Position numbers and translations under genes: made by a program. A stretch of 64,000 bases of DNA from positions 1,056,001-1,120,000 of the forward strand of contig OY968796.1 of NCBI GenBank assembly GCA_963695545.1, read 5' to 3'. Numbering within the stretch: the first letter of the stretch is position 1; every line of letters starts with the position of its first letter. This document shows positions 1 to 13,916 of this stretch, piece by piece. Source of the DNA: Terriglobia bacterium (lineage in GTDB: Bacteria; Acidobacteriota; Terriglobia; Acidiferrales; UBA7541). The notes beneath the pieces are model-generated. The model was not told where the DNA came from and made no database searches. It worked only from the letters and a program-made list of their open reading frames with translations.

Positions 1-415
1 AACTGTTGACCCGTTTCGCGCGTTTCTTGCGGAGACCGGCCTGGGGAATCAGGCGGGCGAATCCGCACCAGCGGCTTGGATTCCGGCCGTGGATATTTAC
101 GAGACCGAGAACGAGCTAGTGGCGAAGATCGACCTGCCGGGAGTCAACCAGAAGGATCTGGACGTCCGGGTGGAGAACAACACGCTGACAGTCCGTGGCG
201 AGCGAAAATTCGAGAGCACGGTATCGGAGGACAACTACCTACGCGTGGAGCGTGCGTATGGCACCTTCAGCCGCAGCTTCTCATTGCCGCCGCGGGTGAA
301 TACCGAAGCCATCGGCGCGGAGTACAATGAAGGCGTGCTGACGCTGCGAATGCCGAGGCGCGAAGAGGCAAAACCGAAGCAAATCCAAGTGAACGTGACG
401 ACCAACGGCAAGTAA
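1..415 (+). CDS. Hsp20/alpha-crystallin small heat-shock protein (5'-truncated by window edge)
   Basis: Frame is open from position 2 (TVDPFRAFL...WIPAVDIYETENELVAKIDLPGV). ERAYGTFSRSFSLP and YNEGVLTL are typical Hsp20 motifs. Lies upstream of clpB. Confidence 0.92.
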   Translation, partial: TVDPFRAFLAETGLGNQAGESAPAAWIPAVDIYETENELVAKIDLPGVNQKDLDVRVENNTLTVRGERKFESTVSEDNYLRVERAYGTFSRSFSLPPRVNTEAIGAEYNEGVLTLRMPRREEAKPKQIQVNVTTNGK

Positions 416-444
416 AGCCCCGGCTGTCCGGTGGGAGAAAGCGC

Positions 445-480
445 GAAGGGCCGGCGGGATGTATGCGTAACCGGCCCTTC
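445..480 (+). promoter_or_regulatory. Intercistronic hairpin between hsp20 and clpB
   Basis: GAAGGGCCGG (445-454) pairs perfectly with CCGGCCCTTC (471-480); no U-tract follows. Confidence 0.45.
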
Positions 481-552
481 GGCATCTAATCACCCAGAGA
501 GTCAGGCCGACGCAAACGAGGAAATTAATCAGCGGTAGAAAGGAAGTTCGCA

Positions 553-3243
553 ATGTTTCGATTCGACAAACTCACGGTAAAGGCGCAAGAGGCGGTGCAG
601 GAAGCGCAGGAGATCGCGGCGCGGCACGATCAGCAGCAGATCGAACCGCTGCACTTGCTCGCCGCGCTGGTGGCGCAGCCGGAAGGAATCGTCGCGCCGC
701 TGCTGCAACGGCTGGGGGTGCGCCCAGAGGGTCTGGAGAGTGAGATCGAAGCGGCGCTCGACCGGTTGCCCAAAGTGACCGGTGTGGCGCAGCAGCACAT
801 GGGGCCGGCGTTGAACAAGGTTTTGGAACGCTCGTTCGATGAAGCTGAACATTTTAAGGACGAGTTCGTTTCGTCGGAGCACCTGCTCCTGGCGATCGCG
901 GCGCAACCGAAGGATCCCGCGGCGGAACTTCTGGCGCGCAATGGAGCGTCGCGCGAGGCGCTGCTGCAGGCGCTGGCGACCGTGCGCGGCAGCCATCGAG
1001 TGACATCGCAGAATCCCGAAGGCACATTCCGCGCGCTCGAACAATATGCGCGCGACCTGACGGATATGGCGCGGCGGCGCAAACTCGATCCGGTGATCGG
1101 GCGGGACGAAGAGATTCGGCGCGTGATGCAAATTCTGGCGCGCCGCACGAAGAACAATCCGGTGCTGATTGGCGAGCCGGGCGTGGGCAAAACCGCGGTG
1201 GTGGAAGGACTGGCGCAACGCATTGTTTCGGGCGACGTGCCCGAAGTGCTGCGGCCGAAGCGAATCGTGGCTCTGGATTTGGCGGCGCTGATTGCCGGCG
1301 CAAAGTATCGCGGTGAATTCGAGGATCGCCTGAAGGCCGTGCTGAAGGAAATATCGGAATCGAACGGGCAGATCATTCTGTTCATCGACGAATTGCACAC
1401 GCTGGTGGGCGCAGGCGCCGCGGAAGGTTCGATGGACGCTTCCAACATGCTGAAACCGGCTCTGGCGCGCGGCGAACTGCGCGCGATCGGCGCCACCACG
1501 CTGAACGAATACAGAAAACATATTGAGAAGGATCCCGCACTCGAGCGACGCTTTCAGCCGGTGTTGATTCCGGAACCGACAGTGGAAGACACCATCGCGA
1601 TTTTGCGCGGACTTAAGGATCGTTACGAACTGCACCACGGCGTGCGCATTCAGGACGCGGCGATATTGGCGGCGGCTACGCTATCGCACCGTTACATCAC
1701 CGATCGATTTCTGCCGGACAAGGCGATTGACTTGATCGACGAGGCGGCGGCCAGCCTGCGCATGCAGATGGATTCTCTGCCGCTTGAGATCGACCAAATC
1801 GAGCGGCGCATCCTGCAACTGGAGATCGAGCGGCAAGCGCTGCTGCGGGAATCCGATTCGCATTCGCGCGAACGATTGAAGGCGCTCGAAGGGGAATTGG
1901 CCAAGCTTCGCGAAGAGTCGCACGCGCGGAAGGCGCGCTGGGAAGTGGAGAAGGATGCGATCGGCAAAATCCGCAAGCTGAAGGGCGAGATCGAACAGCT
2001 CAAGGCGGACGAACAACGCCTGGAGCGTTCCGGCGATTTGGCGAAAGTGGCGGAGATCCGTTACGGCAAATTGGCGGCCACGGAAAAACAATTGGCGAAG
2101 GCCCAGGCGTATCTAGCCGAAGTGCAGAAGGACGGCGCGATTCTGCGCGAAGAAGTGGGCGAAGAAGACATTGCAAAAATCGTGGCCAAGTGGACGGGGA
2201 TTCCCGTTGGCAGGCTACTTGAAGGGGAAGCGCGGAAACTCGTGAACATGGAAGAGCGCCTGAAGCAGCGCGTGGTGGGGCAAGACGACGCGGTGGCGCG
2301 CGTCTCGAATGCGATTCGCCGCAACCGCGCCGGGTTGTCCGATCCGCGGCGGCCCATCGGGTCGTTCATTTTCATGGGGCCGACCGGCGTGGGCAAAACA
2401 GAATTGGCGCGGGCGCTGGCGGAATTTTTGTTCGACGACGAGAAGGCGCTGATTCGTTTGGACATGTCCGAGTACATGGAAAAGCATTCGGTTGCGCGGA
2501 TGATCGGCGCGCCTCCCGGCTACGTGGGGCACGATGAGGGCGGGCAATTGACGGAGAAAATTCGACGGCACCCGTATGCGGTGGTGCTATTCGATGAAAT
2601 CGAGAAGGCGCATCCAGATGTGTTCAACGTGCTGCTGCAAATCCTGGAAGACGGCCGGTTGACGGACGGAAAAGGCCGCACGGTGGATTTCCGCAACGCG
2701 GTTTTGATCATGACCAGCAACGTGGGATCGACGGCGCTGTTCGAGCTTTCGGAGAAGGATCCGAAGCGCGCGCATGAGCAAGCCATGGAAGCGCTGAAAC
2801 AATTGTTCCGGCCGGAATTTTTGAACCGCATCGACGACATCGTTCTGTTCAATCCGCTGGGGCATGCGCAACTGGAAAAAATCGTGGACCTGGAGCTGGC
2901 GAAGTTCCGCAAGATGCTCGAAGGGCGCGGTGTGGAAATCGATCTGACGGCGGGGGCGCGCGAACGGCTGCTGCGCGAAGGCTACGACCCGGCGTACGGG
3001 GCGCGGCCGTTGCGACGGACACTGCAACGGCTGGTGCAGGATCCGCTGGCGCTGCAAATTCTCGACGGGAAAATTCTGCCCGGAGAACACGTGCGTGTGG
3101 ATGCCGATCCGGCGTCGGACCAGATGACGTTCGTGGGCGTTCCGGGCGCCGGCGCGGCGAGCGCGCAGGCTGCGGCGGCGAGTTCCTCGCCGACGCAGAC
3201 CGAAGCGCCGGTGCAGGCGAAATCGAGCAAGCGCGATCGGTGA
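553..3243 (+). CDS. clpB: ATP-dependent chaperone ClpB
   Basis: Clp N-domain, two AAA+ modules ([16 protein letters not shown]), coiled-coil M domain, [29 protein letters not shown]. Confidence 0.97.
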   Translation: MFRFDKLTVKAQEAVQEAQEIAARHDQQQIEPLHLLAALVAQPEGIVAPLLQRLGVRPEGLESEIEAALDRLPKVTGVAQQHMGPALNKVLERSFDEAEHFKDEFVSSEHLLLAIAAQPKDPAAELLARNGASREALLQALATVRGSHRVTSQNPEGTFRALEQYARDLTDMARRRKLDPVIGRDEEIRRVMQILARRTKNNPVLIGEPGVGKTAVVEGLAQRIVSGDVPEVLRPKRIVALDLAALIAGAKYRGEFEDRLKAVLKEISESNGQIILFIDELHTLVGAGAAEGSMDASNMLKPALARGELRAIGATTLNEYRKHIEKDPALERRFQPVLIPEPTVEDTIAILRGLKDRYELHHGVRIQDAAILAAATLSHRYITDRFLPDKAIDLIDEAAASLRMQMDSLPLEIDQIERRILQLEIERQALLRESDSHSRERLKALEGELAKLREESHARKARWEVEKDAIGKIRKLKGEIEQLKADEQRLERSGDLAKVAEIRYGKLAATEKQLAKAQAYLAEVQKDGAILREEVGEEDIAKIVAKWTGIPVGRLLEGEARKLVNMEERLKQRVVGQDDAVARVSNAIRRNRAGLSDPRRPIGSFIFMGPTGVGKTELARALAEFLFDDEKALIRLDMSEYMEKHSVARMIGAPPGYVGHDEGGQLTEKIRRHPYAVVLFDEIEKAHPDVFNVLLQILEDGRLTDGKGRTVDFRNAVLIMTSNVGSTALFELSEKDPKRAHEQAMEALKQLFRPEFLNRIDDIVLFNPLGHAQLEKIVDLELAKFRKMLEGRGVEIDLTAGARERLLREGYDPAYGARPLRRTLQRLVQDPLALQILDGKILPGEHVRVDADPASDQMTFVGVPGAGAASAQAAAASSSPTQTEAPVQAKSSKRDR

Positions 3244-3276
3244 CGAAAACGGATTCGAGGCACGCCGGAGCGCAGT

Positions 3277-3305
3277 TTGACCGCGACTGTTGCGGCATCT
3301 AGACT
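3277..3305 (+). promoter_or_regulatory. Putative sigma70 promoter for htpX
   Basis: TTGACC-17 nt-TAGACT. Confidence 0.55.
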
Positions 3306-3346
3306 AATTTGTTCCGGGTTCTAGTCCGGAAGAGACTGAGGCGACC

Positions 3347-4210
3347 ATGAGAGGCATCAAGACATTATTTCTGCTGACAGCGCTGACGCTGCTGCTCGTG
3401 CTTGGCGGAGGGGCCCTGGCGGGCAGACAGGGCATGACCATCGGCTTGATCTTCGCCGTAGCCATGAACGGCTTTGCGTATTTTTTCTCGGACAAGATCG
3501 CGCTTAAATCAAGCCATGCGCAGCCCGTGACCCGCGAGCAGATGCCGCGGCTCTACGCCGTGATGGAGCGGCTGTGCGCCAAGGCCAATCTGCCGATGCC
3601 GAAGCTCTACGTGATCGCGCAACCGGCGCCCAACGCATTTGCCACGGGGCGCAATCCGAAGCACGCATCGGTGGCGGTGACCGAGGGACTGATGCAATTG
3701 ATGAACGACGATGAGCTGGAAGGCGTGATCGCGCACGAACTTTCGCATGTGCGCAATTACGACATTCTGACGACTTCGATCGCCGCGACGCTGGCGGGCG
3801 CGATCACCTGGATCGCGCACATCGCGCGATTTGAGATGTTCTTCGGCGGCGGATTCGGCGGAGGGCGCGGGAATCGAGGCGGCGGCTTGTCTGCGCTGAT
3901 GATGATGATTGTGGCTCCGATGGCGGCGCTGGCGATTCAACTTGGAATTTCGCGGCAGCGCGAATTTGCGGCAGATGCGTCGGGCGCGCGCATGGTCGGG
4001 CAGCAATATGGGCTGGTCAGCGCGCTGGAGAAGCTCGGCGCATACAACAAGCGGATTCCGATGAACGTGCCGGCCACGACGGCGTCGCTATTCATCGTCG
4101 CACCGCTGGCTCCCGGGCAGATGTTTCGCGGGCTGTTCAGCACGCATCCGCCGCTTGAGCAGCGCATCGCGGCGCTCAGGAACATGGTGATCACACCGTC
4201 GGGTCGCTGA
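3347..4210 (+). CDS. htpX: Zinc metalloprotease HtpX (M48)
   Basis: PNAFATGRNP, HELSH zinc motif, SRQREFAAD, FSTHPPLEQRI. Confidence 0.95.
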   Translation: MRGIKTLFLLTALTLLLVLGGGALAGRQGMTIGLIFAVAMNGFAYFFSDKIALKSSHAQPVTREQMPRLYAVMERLCAKANLPMPKLYVIAQPAPNAFATGRNPKHASVAVTEGLMQLMNDDELEGVIAHELSHVRNYDILTTSIAATLAGAITWIAHIARFEMFFGGGFGGGRGNRGGGLSALMMMIVAPMAALAIQLGISRQREFAADASGARMVGQQYGLVSALEKLGAYNKRIPMNVPATTASLFIVAPLAPGQMFRGLFSTHPPLEQRIAALRNMVITPSGR

Positions 4211-4475
4211 GGGCAACGGGCTGTGGGCGGCATAGAACCGTACCTGTGCCCCGGAAGAAAAGAGACACCCCGGCAAGAATTTCCCGATTCCGCCGAGGAT
4301 TTCCACAGGGCCCGTGCGTGGCAGGTTCCTAGCCCTCTGATAACAAAAGGCTTACCGGAATGGAAATTACTTTCACTATGGCTTTCGCATTGCAGAGACA
4401 TAGACGGCAGCAATCAGGGGAAAAGTAGTCGGGGTCAAGTTTGAGCTAACGAAGTCAGGAGCTGCCAAAAGAACC

Positions 4476-4676
4476 ATGAGTTGCAAAGAGACAATTCGCT
4501 TGATGTGTGAATTCATCGAAGAGCGGCTGACGCCGACGGTGGCGCACGAAGTGAGCATGCACCTGAGCCACTGCGAGAACTGCAGGCTGGTTCTGGAAGC
4601 CGCCGAGCATACGCTGGAGATTTACTTCGACGAACCGCACATGGCCACGATGCTCGAGCGATCGAGGGTCGCCTAG
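4476..4676 (+). CDS. Small zf-HC2 (ZAS, anti-sigma-like) zinc-finger protein
   Basis: MSC...HLSHCENC matches the C-x-H-x3-C-x2-C pattern; AGGAG lies upstream. Confidence 0.75.
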   Translation: MSCKETIRLMCEFIEERLTPTVAHEVSMHLSHCENCRLVLEAAEHTLEIYFDEPHMATMLERSRVA

Positions 4677-5074
4677 GCAGTTGCTCGTGTCGCGCGGCGC
4701 TTGCCGCGCGATTCGCCGAGGCTCCGCTCCGCGCACTTCCGATTTGCCCGCACCAATTCTCTCCTAAAGTTTCTTACTTCCGCCAATGCGTTTGCGCGCC
4801 CGTACCGAAGAAATCGGACCCGTGGCGATCTGCCAATCGGGGAGCTCGGCGACTTGACTGACACGAAAGAGTTAACAGAAATAACATACTGGACCGCGTA
4901 AACCTTACTCGATCACGGGGCGCGCGCGCCGGCGCGCAAAGTCTAGAACTCGCCGGCAAATGGCTTGCCCGCCGTGAGTTACGGGCCTCCCGAGCGAGCC
5001 GAGAGGGATTGGTTCGAGGCGTGCATATCTCCATGCGTGCAGGGGACGCACGCAAGTGCACAAGGAGAATTTCG

Positions 5075-5938
5075 ATGACCAACTTAATGGGGCACGAAGA
5101 AACACCGACTTCCGGAACAGAAGGCACGCCAACAGAAGGCACGCCGCGCTGGGTGGGTATCGCGGTGGCCGCGCTGGCGGCCGTATCGCTGATTGCGCTG
5201 GGAGTAGGCTGGAACGCGACAACGCAGGCGCGCAACGCGGAGCAGAGCCTGACGCAGCAGAGCAAGAGCTTTCAGCAGAATGAAGATTCGCTGGCGCAGC
5301 GCCTGACGCAAACCGAAGAAGCCGACGCGCAGGTGCAGAGCGATCTGAACGTGGTGACGAACAAGCTGCAACTGACGCAGAGCCAACTTGAAGCAGCGCG
5401 CCACCAGGAAACACAGATCAAGAAGGACTACACGAGCCAGATCGACAACGTGAACACGCAACTGCAAACCAAGGCCAGCTCCGATGACGTGAAGACGCTC
5501 GGCGGCGACGTGGACGGCGTGAAGACCGATCTCGCGAGCACCAAGGCCTCGCTCGCGAGCACGACCGACCAATTCGGGCAATTGATCGCCAAGAACCACG
5601 ACGAACTCGATCAACTGCGCCGGTTGGGCGAACGCGACTACTACGAATTCACGCTGACCTCGACGAGCCAGAAACAGACCGTTGGAGACATGCAGATCCA
5701 ACTGCGCGGCACGAACGTGAAGCACAATCAGTTCAGCCTGGCGCTCTATGTCGACGACATGCGTCTTGAGAAAAACAACCGCGCCGTGGATGAGCCGATT
5801 TACTTCTACACGCGCGGCACGCGCACCCCGCTCGAACTGGTGGTCAACCAGATCAGCAAGAACAAAATCACGGGCTACCTGAGCGTTCCGAAGGCCAGCC
5901 CGACGCAGACTTCGGCATCAGCCGGGGCCGCAAACTAA
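5075..5938 (+). CDS. Membrane-anchored coiled-coil hypothetical protein
   Basis: AAGGAG RBS before ATG 5075; one N-terminal TM helix, long Gln-rich coiled coil, beta-rich C-terminal domain; terminator follows. Confidence 0.8.
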   Translation: MTNLMGHEETPTSGTEGTPTEGTPRWVGIAVAALAAVSLIALGVGWNATTQARNAEQSLTQQSKSFQQNEDSLAQRLTQTEEADAQVQSDLNVVTNKLQLTQSQLEAARHQETQIKKDYTSQIDNVNTQLQTKASSDDVKTLGGDVDGVKTDLASTKASLASTTDQFGQLIAKNHDELDQLRRLGERDYYEFTLTSTSQKQTVGDMQIQLRGTNVKHNQFSLALYVDDMRLEKNNRAVDEPIYFYTRGTRTPLELVVNQISKNKITGYLSVPKASPTQTSASAGAAN

Positions 5939-5978
5939 GTCACGGCAAACTGACTCAGTTTTTTCCGCCAGAAAGCAG

Positions 5979-6008
5979 GAGGGCCCCTTCGGGGGCCCTC
6001 TTTTTTTT
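5979..6008 (+). terminator. Rho-independent terminator
   Basis: GAGGGCCCC-TTCG-GGGGCCCTC followed by T8. Confidence 0.92.
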
Positions 6009-6087
6009 GCGCAAAATGCCGCGGCCGCTCTTGTGAGGACGGCGGCTGGCGCGGGTGCGAGTGTTTCAGTAGGATGGTCGGAATCCG

Positions 6088-7281
6088 ATGCCGCCCTTAG
6101 CTATTTACGCGGAACGCGCGCTGACGCCGCTGAAAGAAATTCGCGACGCGGTGATCGTGGTGGATGGCGCGCGCATTGCGGCGGTGGGGCACAGAGGCGA
6201 GATTGAGGTGCCGCGCGGCGCGGCAGAATATTCGGCGGGCGCGGGGACGGTGGTGCCGGGATTTGTGGACGTGCACATCCACGGCGCGGGCGGGCACGAC
6301 GTGATGGAAGGGACGGAGGAGGCGTTCGACGCGGTGACGGAGACGGTGGCGCGGTTCGGCACGACGTCGTTCGTGGCGACCACCGTGACGGCGAGTCCGG
6401 AAGAGACGTGCCGCAGCGTGGCGGCGATCGCGCGGGCGGCGACGCGTGTGGCGTCGGAAACGGGATCGGGGCGCGCACGCGCGGAAATTCTGGGCGCGCA
6501 TTTCGAGGGGCCGTTCATTAGCGCGGCGCGGCGCGGTGTGCATCCGGCGGAGTGGATCGCGGCGCCGTCGATCGAGCTGCTCGATCGTTTTGTGGAAGCC
6601 GCGCACGACACGGCGCGGATGTTGACGCTGGCGCCGGAATTGCCGGGAGCGCTCAAGCTGGTGAGCGAGGCGCGGCGGCGGGGACTTATCGTGGCGATGG
6701 GGCATACGGACGCGAGTTACGCTGAGGCTGAGGCCGCGATCGCGGCGGGCGTGCGGCACGCCGCGCATGTGTTCAACGCCATGCGGCCGTTTTCGCATCG
6801 GGAGACCGGCGTGCTGGGCGCGGTGCTGACGTCGCACAAGGTCACCGCCGAATTGATCGCGGACGGCGTGCATGTGGACGACGCCGCGATTCGAGTGCTG
6901 CTGGCAGCTAAGGGTGTGGAGCGCACGGTGCTGGTGAGCGACGGCACGGCGGCGACCGGAATGCCCGATGGGAAGTATCGGCTCGGAACGTTCGAGGTGA
7001 CGGTTACCGGCGGCGTGTGCCGAAACGCGGAAGGCAAACTGGCGGGCAGCACGCTTACGCTCGATCGCGCGGTGCGGCACATGGTGAGCTTGGGTGTGGG
7101 GCTGTCCGATGCGGTGCGCATGGCCACATTCAATCCGGCTCGCGTGCTGGGCATGGAAACGCGCAAGGGAATTTTGGCGGCCGGCGCCGACGCGGACTTG
7201 GTGCTGCTGGACGAGAAAATGCAAGTTGCCGGGGTGATGGCGCGCGGATTAGGTTGGCCGGTTACTTCTTCGCGGGATTGA
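6088..7281 (+). CDS. nagA: N-acetylglucosamine-6-phosphate deacetylase
   Basis: PGFVDVHIHG, GAHFEGPFI, GHTDA, HVFNAM, LIADGVHV, LAGSTLTL. Confidence 0.95.
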   Translation: MPPLAIYAERALTPLKEIRDAVIVVDGARIAAVGHRGEIEVPRGAAEYSAGAGTVVPGFVDVHIHGAGGHDVMEGTEEAFDAVTETVARFGTTSFVATTVTASPEETCRSVAAIARAATRVASETGSGRARAEILGAHFEGPFISAARRGVHPAEWIAAPSIELLDRFVEAAHDTARMLTLAPELPGALKLVSEARRRGLIVAMGHTDASYAEAEAAIAAGVRHAAHVFNAMRPFSHRETGVLGAVLTSHKVTAELIADGVHVDDAAIRVLLAAKGVERTVLVSDGTAATGMPDGKYRLGTFEVTVTGGVCRNAEGKLAGSTLTLDRAVRHMVSLGVGLSDAVRMATFNPARVLGMETRKGILAAGADADLVLLDEKMQVAGVMARGLGWPVTSSRD

Positions 7282-7525
7282 GGGCGATGTTGAGTTCGCT
7301 CGAGAGAAGGTAGGGATCGAAGGGGCTGCAGGCGAAAAATTTGCCGGCGTGTTCGATGGTGGGGACTTTGCGGCGACCGTCGTTCACGCGAAGAATTAAA
7401 TCTTCGGCGTCGGGATCTTCATCGACGTCAACTTCGCGGTAGGCTACGCCGCGTTCGGTCAGGAATTGCTTGGCGCGATGGCAATCGCTGCACCAGGCAG
7501 TTGTGTAGAGTGTGATCTCGTCCAT
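7262..7525 (-). CDS. Glutaredoxin/mycoredoxin-like protein
   Basis: LYTTAWCSDC, VNDGRRKVPTI; start at ATG 7525; overlaps the nagA 3' end by 20 nt. Confidence 0.85.
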   Translation of the reverse strand: MDEITLYTTAWCSDCHRAKQFLTERGVAYREVDVDEDPDAEDLILRVNDGRRKVPTIEHAGKFFACSPFDPYLLSSELNIALNPAKK

Positions 7526-7677
7526 TCTCTTTCTCAATTCCAGTTGCGATCTTCTTGCCATCTATTTTCAGGCCGTGGCGAGGCAATTTCCAGGCGGATA
7601 GCAGAGTTGCTCCCGATGAGTTACGCGCCGAGCCGCACTTTGATTGGATGCAGACGACAGACGAGCGATGCAGCGGT

Positions 7678-8124
7678 TTACGCTTCGACGCCGACGGGAG
7701 CCCCGGCTGCGGCCGTGGCGCCGGCTGCGGCTGCGAGGCGCGCTTCGGCGCTGGCTAGCTCGCGCAGGATTTCGTCCCAATTGGTTGCCGCGTCGCCGTG
7801 GCTTGCGAGGAGTTTCCTGGCACGATCGGCGTCGGCTTGCGCTCGCGGGACGTCAATTTCTTCCGCGCGTTCGGCGGCGTCGGCGAGGACGATGACGCGA
7901 TCGGGCAAAACTTCGGCGAGGCCGCCGATCACGGCGATGAAAAATGTTTCGGAGCCTTCCTTATAGCTGAGCGCGCCGATGCCGAGTTCAGTGAGCAACG
8001 GCGTGTGGCCGGGGAGAATCCCGAGAAAACCGTCGCGGCCAGGCACCTGGATTTCGGAGACGGTTGCGCGCACGACGCTGCGTTCGAGCGTGACAACTTC
8101 GAGTTGGATGGCTTCGGGCAGCAT
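7678..8124 (-). CDS. atpC: F1 ATP synthase epsilon subunit
   Basis: LEVVT, PGRDGFLGILPGHTPL, GGLAEV; operon position. Confidence 0.95.
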   Translation of the reverse strand: MLPEAIQLEVVTLERSVVRATVSEIQVPGRDGFLGILPGHTPLLTELGIGALSYKEGSETFFIAVIGGLAEVLPDRVIVLADAAERAEEIDVPRAQADADRARKLLASHGDAATNWDEILRELASAEARLAAAAGATAAAGAPVGVEA

Positions 8125-8162
8125 CGCGTTTTATATTGTGTGTGCTCGGCGCGCTCGCCGGG

Positions 8163-10534
<2,372 letters not shown>

Positions 10535-10555
10535 AAGAGATCGCGCGCGCCAAAA

Positions 10556-12094
10556 CTACTTGGCTTTGGCCTTCTCTTTCTCGCCTTTGAAGCGCTCTTT
10601 GAACTCATTGATCGCGTTCTTGAGCGATTCGCGCATGGCGTCGTCGATCTGTTTCTTCGTAGCGATCTGCGCGAGCAACGAGCCGTACTTCGCGTCCATG
10701 AAAGCGATGAGATCGGCCTCGAAGCGCACGACATCGGCAACCTCGATATCGTCGAGATAACCGCCGGTGCCGGCGAAAATTACCAGCACCTGTTTTTCGA
10801 TGGGCAGCGGCGAAAACTGATTCTGCTTGAGCAGTTCGACCAAACGCTGGCCGCGAGCGAGTTGCGCCTTGGTGGCTTTATCGAGCTGGTCGGCGCCGAA
10901 CTGCGCGAACGCGGCGAGCTCGCGATACTGCGCGAGATCCAAGCGCAGCGTGCCCGCGACCTGGCGCATAGCCTTGATCTGCGCATTGCCGCCGACGCGG
11001 CTGACGGAAAGGCCGACGTTGATGGCCGGGCGAATGCCGCTGTTGAACAAATCGGCTTCGAGATAAATCTGGCCGTCGGTGATGGAGATGACGTTGGTCG
11101 GAATGTAGGCGGAAACGTCGCCGGCCTGCGTTTCGATCACGGGCAGGGCGGTGAGCGATCCGCCGCCGAGTTTGTCGTTCAGTTTTGCGGCGCGCTCGAG
11201 CAGGCGCGAGTGGAGATAGAAAACGTCGCCGGGAAATGCTTCGCGTCCGGGCGGACGGCGCAAGAGCAGCGAGATTTCGCGATAAGCCTGCGCGTGCTTC
11301 GAGAGATCGTCGTAGAAACAAACGGCGTGGCGGCTGGAATCGCGGAAATATTCGCCCATGGCGCAGGCCGCGTACGGCGCGATGTACTGCATGGTGGCAG
11401 GCTCGGTGGCGGAGACGGCGACGACGATGGTGTAATCCATCGCGCCCTCGTCGGTGAGCTGCTTCACGACCTGCGCGATGGTCGAGCGCTTTTGCCCGAT
11501 CGCACAGTAGATGCAGATCATATCGCCGCCCTTCTGGTTGATGATGGTGTCCAGAATGATGGCCGTCTTGCCGGTTTGCCGGTCGCCGATGATCAATTCG
11601 CGCTGCCCGCGGCCGATGGGGATCATCGAATCGATGGCCTTGATGCCGGTTTGCAGCGGCTCGCGCACGGGCTGGCGATCGACAACGCCGGGCGCGATGC
11701 GCTCGATGGGGATGCGCTTATCGGCGAGGATCGGGCCTTTCCCGTCGAGCGCGACGCCAAGCGGATTGACCACGCGGCCCACCAGCGCTTCTCCGACCGG
11801 CGCGGACATGATGGTGCGCGTGCGCTTGACGGTATCGCCTTCCTCGATCGCGGTGTATTCGCCGAGGAGCACGACGCCGACCTGGTCTTCTTCAAGGTTG
11901 AGCGCGATGCCGACGACGTCGTGGGGAAAGCTGAGCATCTCGCCGGCCATAACTTTGTCGAGACCATAGACGCGCGCGATGCCGTCGCCGACCGAGAGAA
12001 CCGACCCAACTTCGTCGACGGTGACCGACTGTTCGTAGTTGGCGATTTGTTCCTTCAGAATCTTGGTGATTTCATCCGCTTTGATGGGGGGCAT
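10556..12094 (-). CDS. atpA: F1 ATP synthase alpha subunit
   Basis: [31 protein letters not shown]. Confidence 0.98.
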   Translation of the reverse strand: MPPIKADEITKILKEQIANYEQSVTVDEVGSVLSVGDGIARVYGLDKVMAGEMLSFPHDVVGIALNLEEDQVGVVLLGEYTAIEEGDTVKRTRTIMSAPVGEALVGRVVNPLGVALDGKGPILADKRIPIERIAPGVVDRQPVREPLQTGIKAIDSMIPIGRGQRELIIGDRQTGKTAIILDTIINQKGGDMICIYCAIGQKRSTIAQVVKQLTDEGAMDYTIVVAVSATEPATMQYIAPYAACAMGEYFRDSSRHAVCFYDDLSKHAQAYREISLLLRRPPGREAFPGDVFYLHSRLLERAAKLNDKLGGGSLTALPVIETQAGDVSAYIPTNVISITDGQIYLEADLFNSGIRPAINVGLSVSRVGGNAQIKAMRQVAGTLRLDLAQYRELAAFAQFGADQLDKATKAQLARGQRLVELLKQNQFSPLPIEKQVLVIFAGTGGYLDDIEVADVVRFEADLIAFMDAKYGSLLAQIATKKQIDDAMRESLKNAINEFKERFKGEKEKAKAK

Positions 12095-12102
12095 GCGTGC
12101 TC

Positions 12103-12639
12103 CTATTCGGAAGACAGCTGTGCGCGCAATCGATCGAGCTGCGCCCGCACTGAACCATCATAAATCGTGGAACCTACGACCACACGCGCGCCGCCTATGA
12201 TCAGCGGGTTCACTCGATACGTCGCTTCAACCTTACCGCCGATCATGTGTTCGAGCGCGCGAACCAGTGCCGCCCGCTCATTGGCATCGATCTCTTCGCC
12301 GGTTCTGACGTCGGCGCGCGTGATGCCGAGCTTAGCGTCGAGCAGCGATCCGTAGGCTCGCTCGATCTCCGGCAGAAGCGCCGAGCGCCGGTGATCCACG
12401 AGCAACAACATGAAATTGCGCACGGTGCGGCTGGAACCCAAGCGTTCGGCCAGACGCTCGATCACGGCGTGTTTGCCGGAGCGCGGCACGGCGGGATTCG
12501 CCATCAATTGCCGCAACGCAGGCGATTCGTCGAAGAGGCCCTCAAATGCGGCGATTTCCGTCTGAACCTGCGGCGCGGAATTGCGCTCGAGCGCCACATC
12601 GGCAAGCGCGGCTGCATACCGCTGAGACATTGCTTTCAA
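12103..12639 (-). CDS. atpH: F1 ATP synthase delta subunit
   Basis: RYAAAL, IIGG...GSTIYDGSV; operon position. Confidence 0.93.
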   Translation of the reverse strand: MKAMSQRYAAALADVALERNSAPQVQTEIAAFEGLFDESPALRQLMANPAVPRSGKHAVIERLAERLGSSRTVRNFMLLLVDHRRSALLPEIERAYGSLLDAKLGITRADVRTGEEIDANERAALVRALEHMIGGKVEATYRVNPLIIGGARVVVGSTIYDGSVRAQLDRLRAQLSSE

Positions 12640-13235
12640 TTCCGCATTCTCCCAAGTTGCGCGAGAAACGATTGGAACAACGCGGTTCGTGCGGCTTCAT
12701 TCGTGGGCAAGTTGGCGCGCAATTCCTTTTCGGCCGCGGCCACGGCCATCTGGGCGGCGCGCGCGCGCAATTGCTGGCGGCCGGCTCGCTCCGCGGATTC
12801 GATTTCAAACAGCGCGGCGCGGTCGATGCGTTCGATCTCGCGGCGGCCGGATTCGGCCTGGCGCTGCGCTTCCGCAGCCTCTTCCCGAACGGCATCGGCG
12901 CGCACGCGCGCGATTTCCTGATCGAGGTGCGCGACTTTATCCTCGATTTCGCGCAACTCGCGCTCGGCTTCGGCCTTGGCCGCCGTCGCATCGCGAATGG
13001 CCACGCCGATTTCAGCGCCGCGTCCGCGAAAGTATGGGCCGCCCCAACGCGCCAGAACGTAAGCGAGCGCGCCAAAGACGAGAATGAAATTCAGCCAGCG
13101 AAAAATCAGGCCGGCGGTGGAATCGGCCGCCTCGGCTGGTCCACCATCCGCCGCGAATGCCGGCGCGGCGAACACCGCCATAACTAGAAGCGCAGTGGCA
13201 AATCGCCGGGCCAATTTTACGCAGAGGCGTTTCAT
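12636..13235 (-). CDS. atpF: F0 ATP synthase subunit b
   Basis: FRWLNFILVFG TM helix followed by a charged coiled coil; operon position. Confidence 0.85.
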   Translation of the reverse strand: MKRLCVKLARRFATALLVMAVFAAPAFAADGGPAEAADSTAGLIFRWLNFILVFGALAYVLARWGGPYFRGRGAEIGVAIRDATAAKAEAERELREIEDKVAHLDQEIARVRADAVREEAAEAQRQAESGRREIERIDRAALFEIESAERAGRQQLRARAAQMAVAAAEKELRANLPTNEAARTALFQSFLAQLGRMRN

Positions 13236-13702
13236 CGCTGACCTGCAAGGCCCGGTCCTGGGGCATCGGGCGGAAGGAAAGTCTTGGCGATTTCGCGGCC
13301 CAGAGCGATGCTGGGCGCTTCGAGGGCCGCGCGGGCCGCGGCGAATTCCTGCTCCTGCTGCCGCTTCGCGGCGCGAACGCGCTCCTGCGCGGCGGCGCGG
13401 GCGGCGCGGACAGCAGCTTCGCGCTGCTCGACCGCGTGACGGCGCGCGGTCTCCTGCTCGGTGAACAATTGCAGGCTGGCATTCTTGAGCGCGGCGCGGT
13501 AGCCGCGCAGTTTTTCCTGTGCTTCGCGGTGGATCGTCTCCGCGGAGTGGCGCGCGCCTTCGATGCGCGCGCGGCGTTCCGCCAGAACGCGCGCGATCGG
13601 CGTGAAAAAGCTCCAGCGCAGGAAAAAGTAGAACAGAAAAACCATCACGACGGTGGGCAGGGCCGCTAGAAACAACTGGCCCAGTTGATGGACGACGTCC
13701 AT
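13232..13702 (-). CDS. F0 ATP synthase subunit b' (second b paralog)
   Basis: N-terminal TM helix, FFTPIARVLAERRARIEG, coiled coil; first gene of the atp operon. Confidence 0.85.
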   Translation of the reverse strand: MDVVHQLGQLFLAALPTVVMVFLFYFFLRWSFFTPIARVLAERRARIEGARHSAETIHREAQEKLRGYRAALKNASLQLFTEQETARRHAVEQREAAVRAARAAAQERVRAAKRQQEQEFAAARAALEAPSIALGREIAKTFLPPDAPGPGLAGQR

Positions 13703-13807
13703 GTTCGTTTAAGGGGCGCTCGGGCGCCCCGATTGTGGATCTCCGTCGGAAAAACAGAGGGCGAGCGCCACCCTGCTGGCTATTTCAAGCCTTTGTGAAA
13801 GCAAGGA

Positions 13808-13836
13808 TTTATAGCATCGGCAGCGGGTTCCGTCAA
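13808..13836 (-). promoter_or_regulatory. Putative sigma70 promoter for the atp operon
   Basis: Minus strand TTGACG-17 nt-TATAAA with a TG extension. Confidence 0.65.
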
Positions 13837-13916
13837 CGAGGCACGGGATGCCGCGAAATATGTTTAACGGCGCGGCACACTGGATTCGCCGTGCAGGGGC
13901 CAGCGACTCGCAAGCT

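Noticed and set aside
415..553. CIRCE/HrcA operator before clpB
   Set aside because: No TTAGCACTC-N9-GAGTGCTAA match; the region upstream of hsp20 is outside the window.
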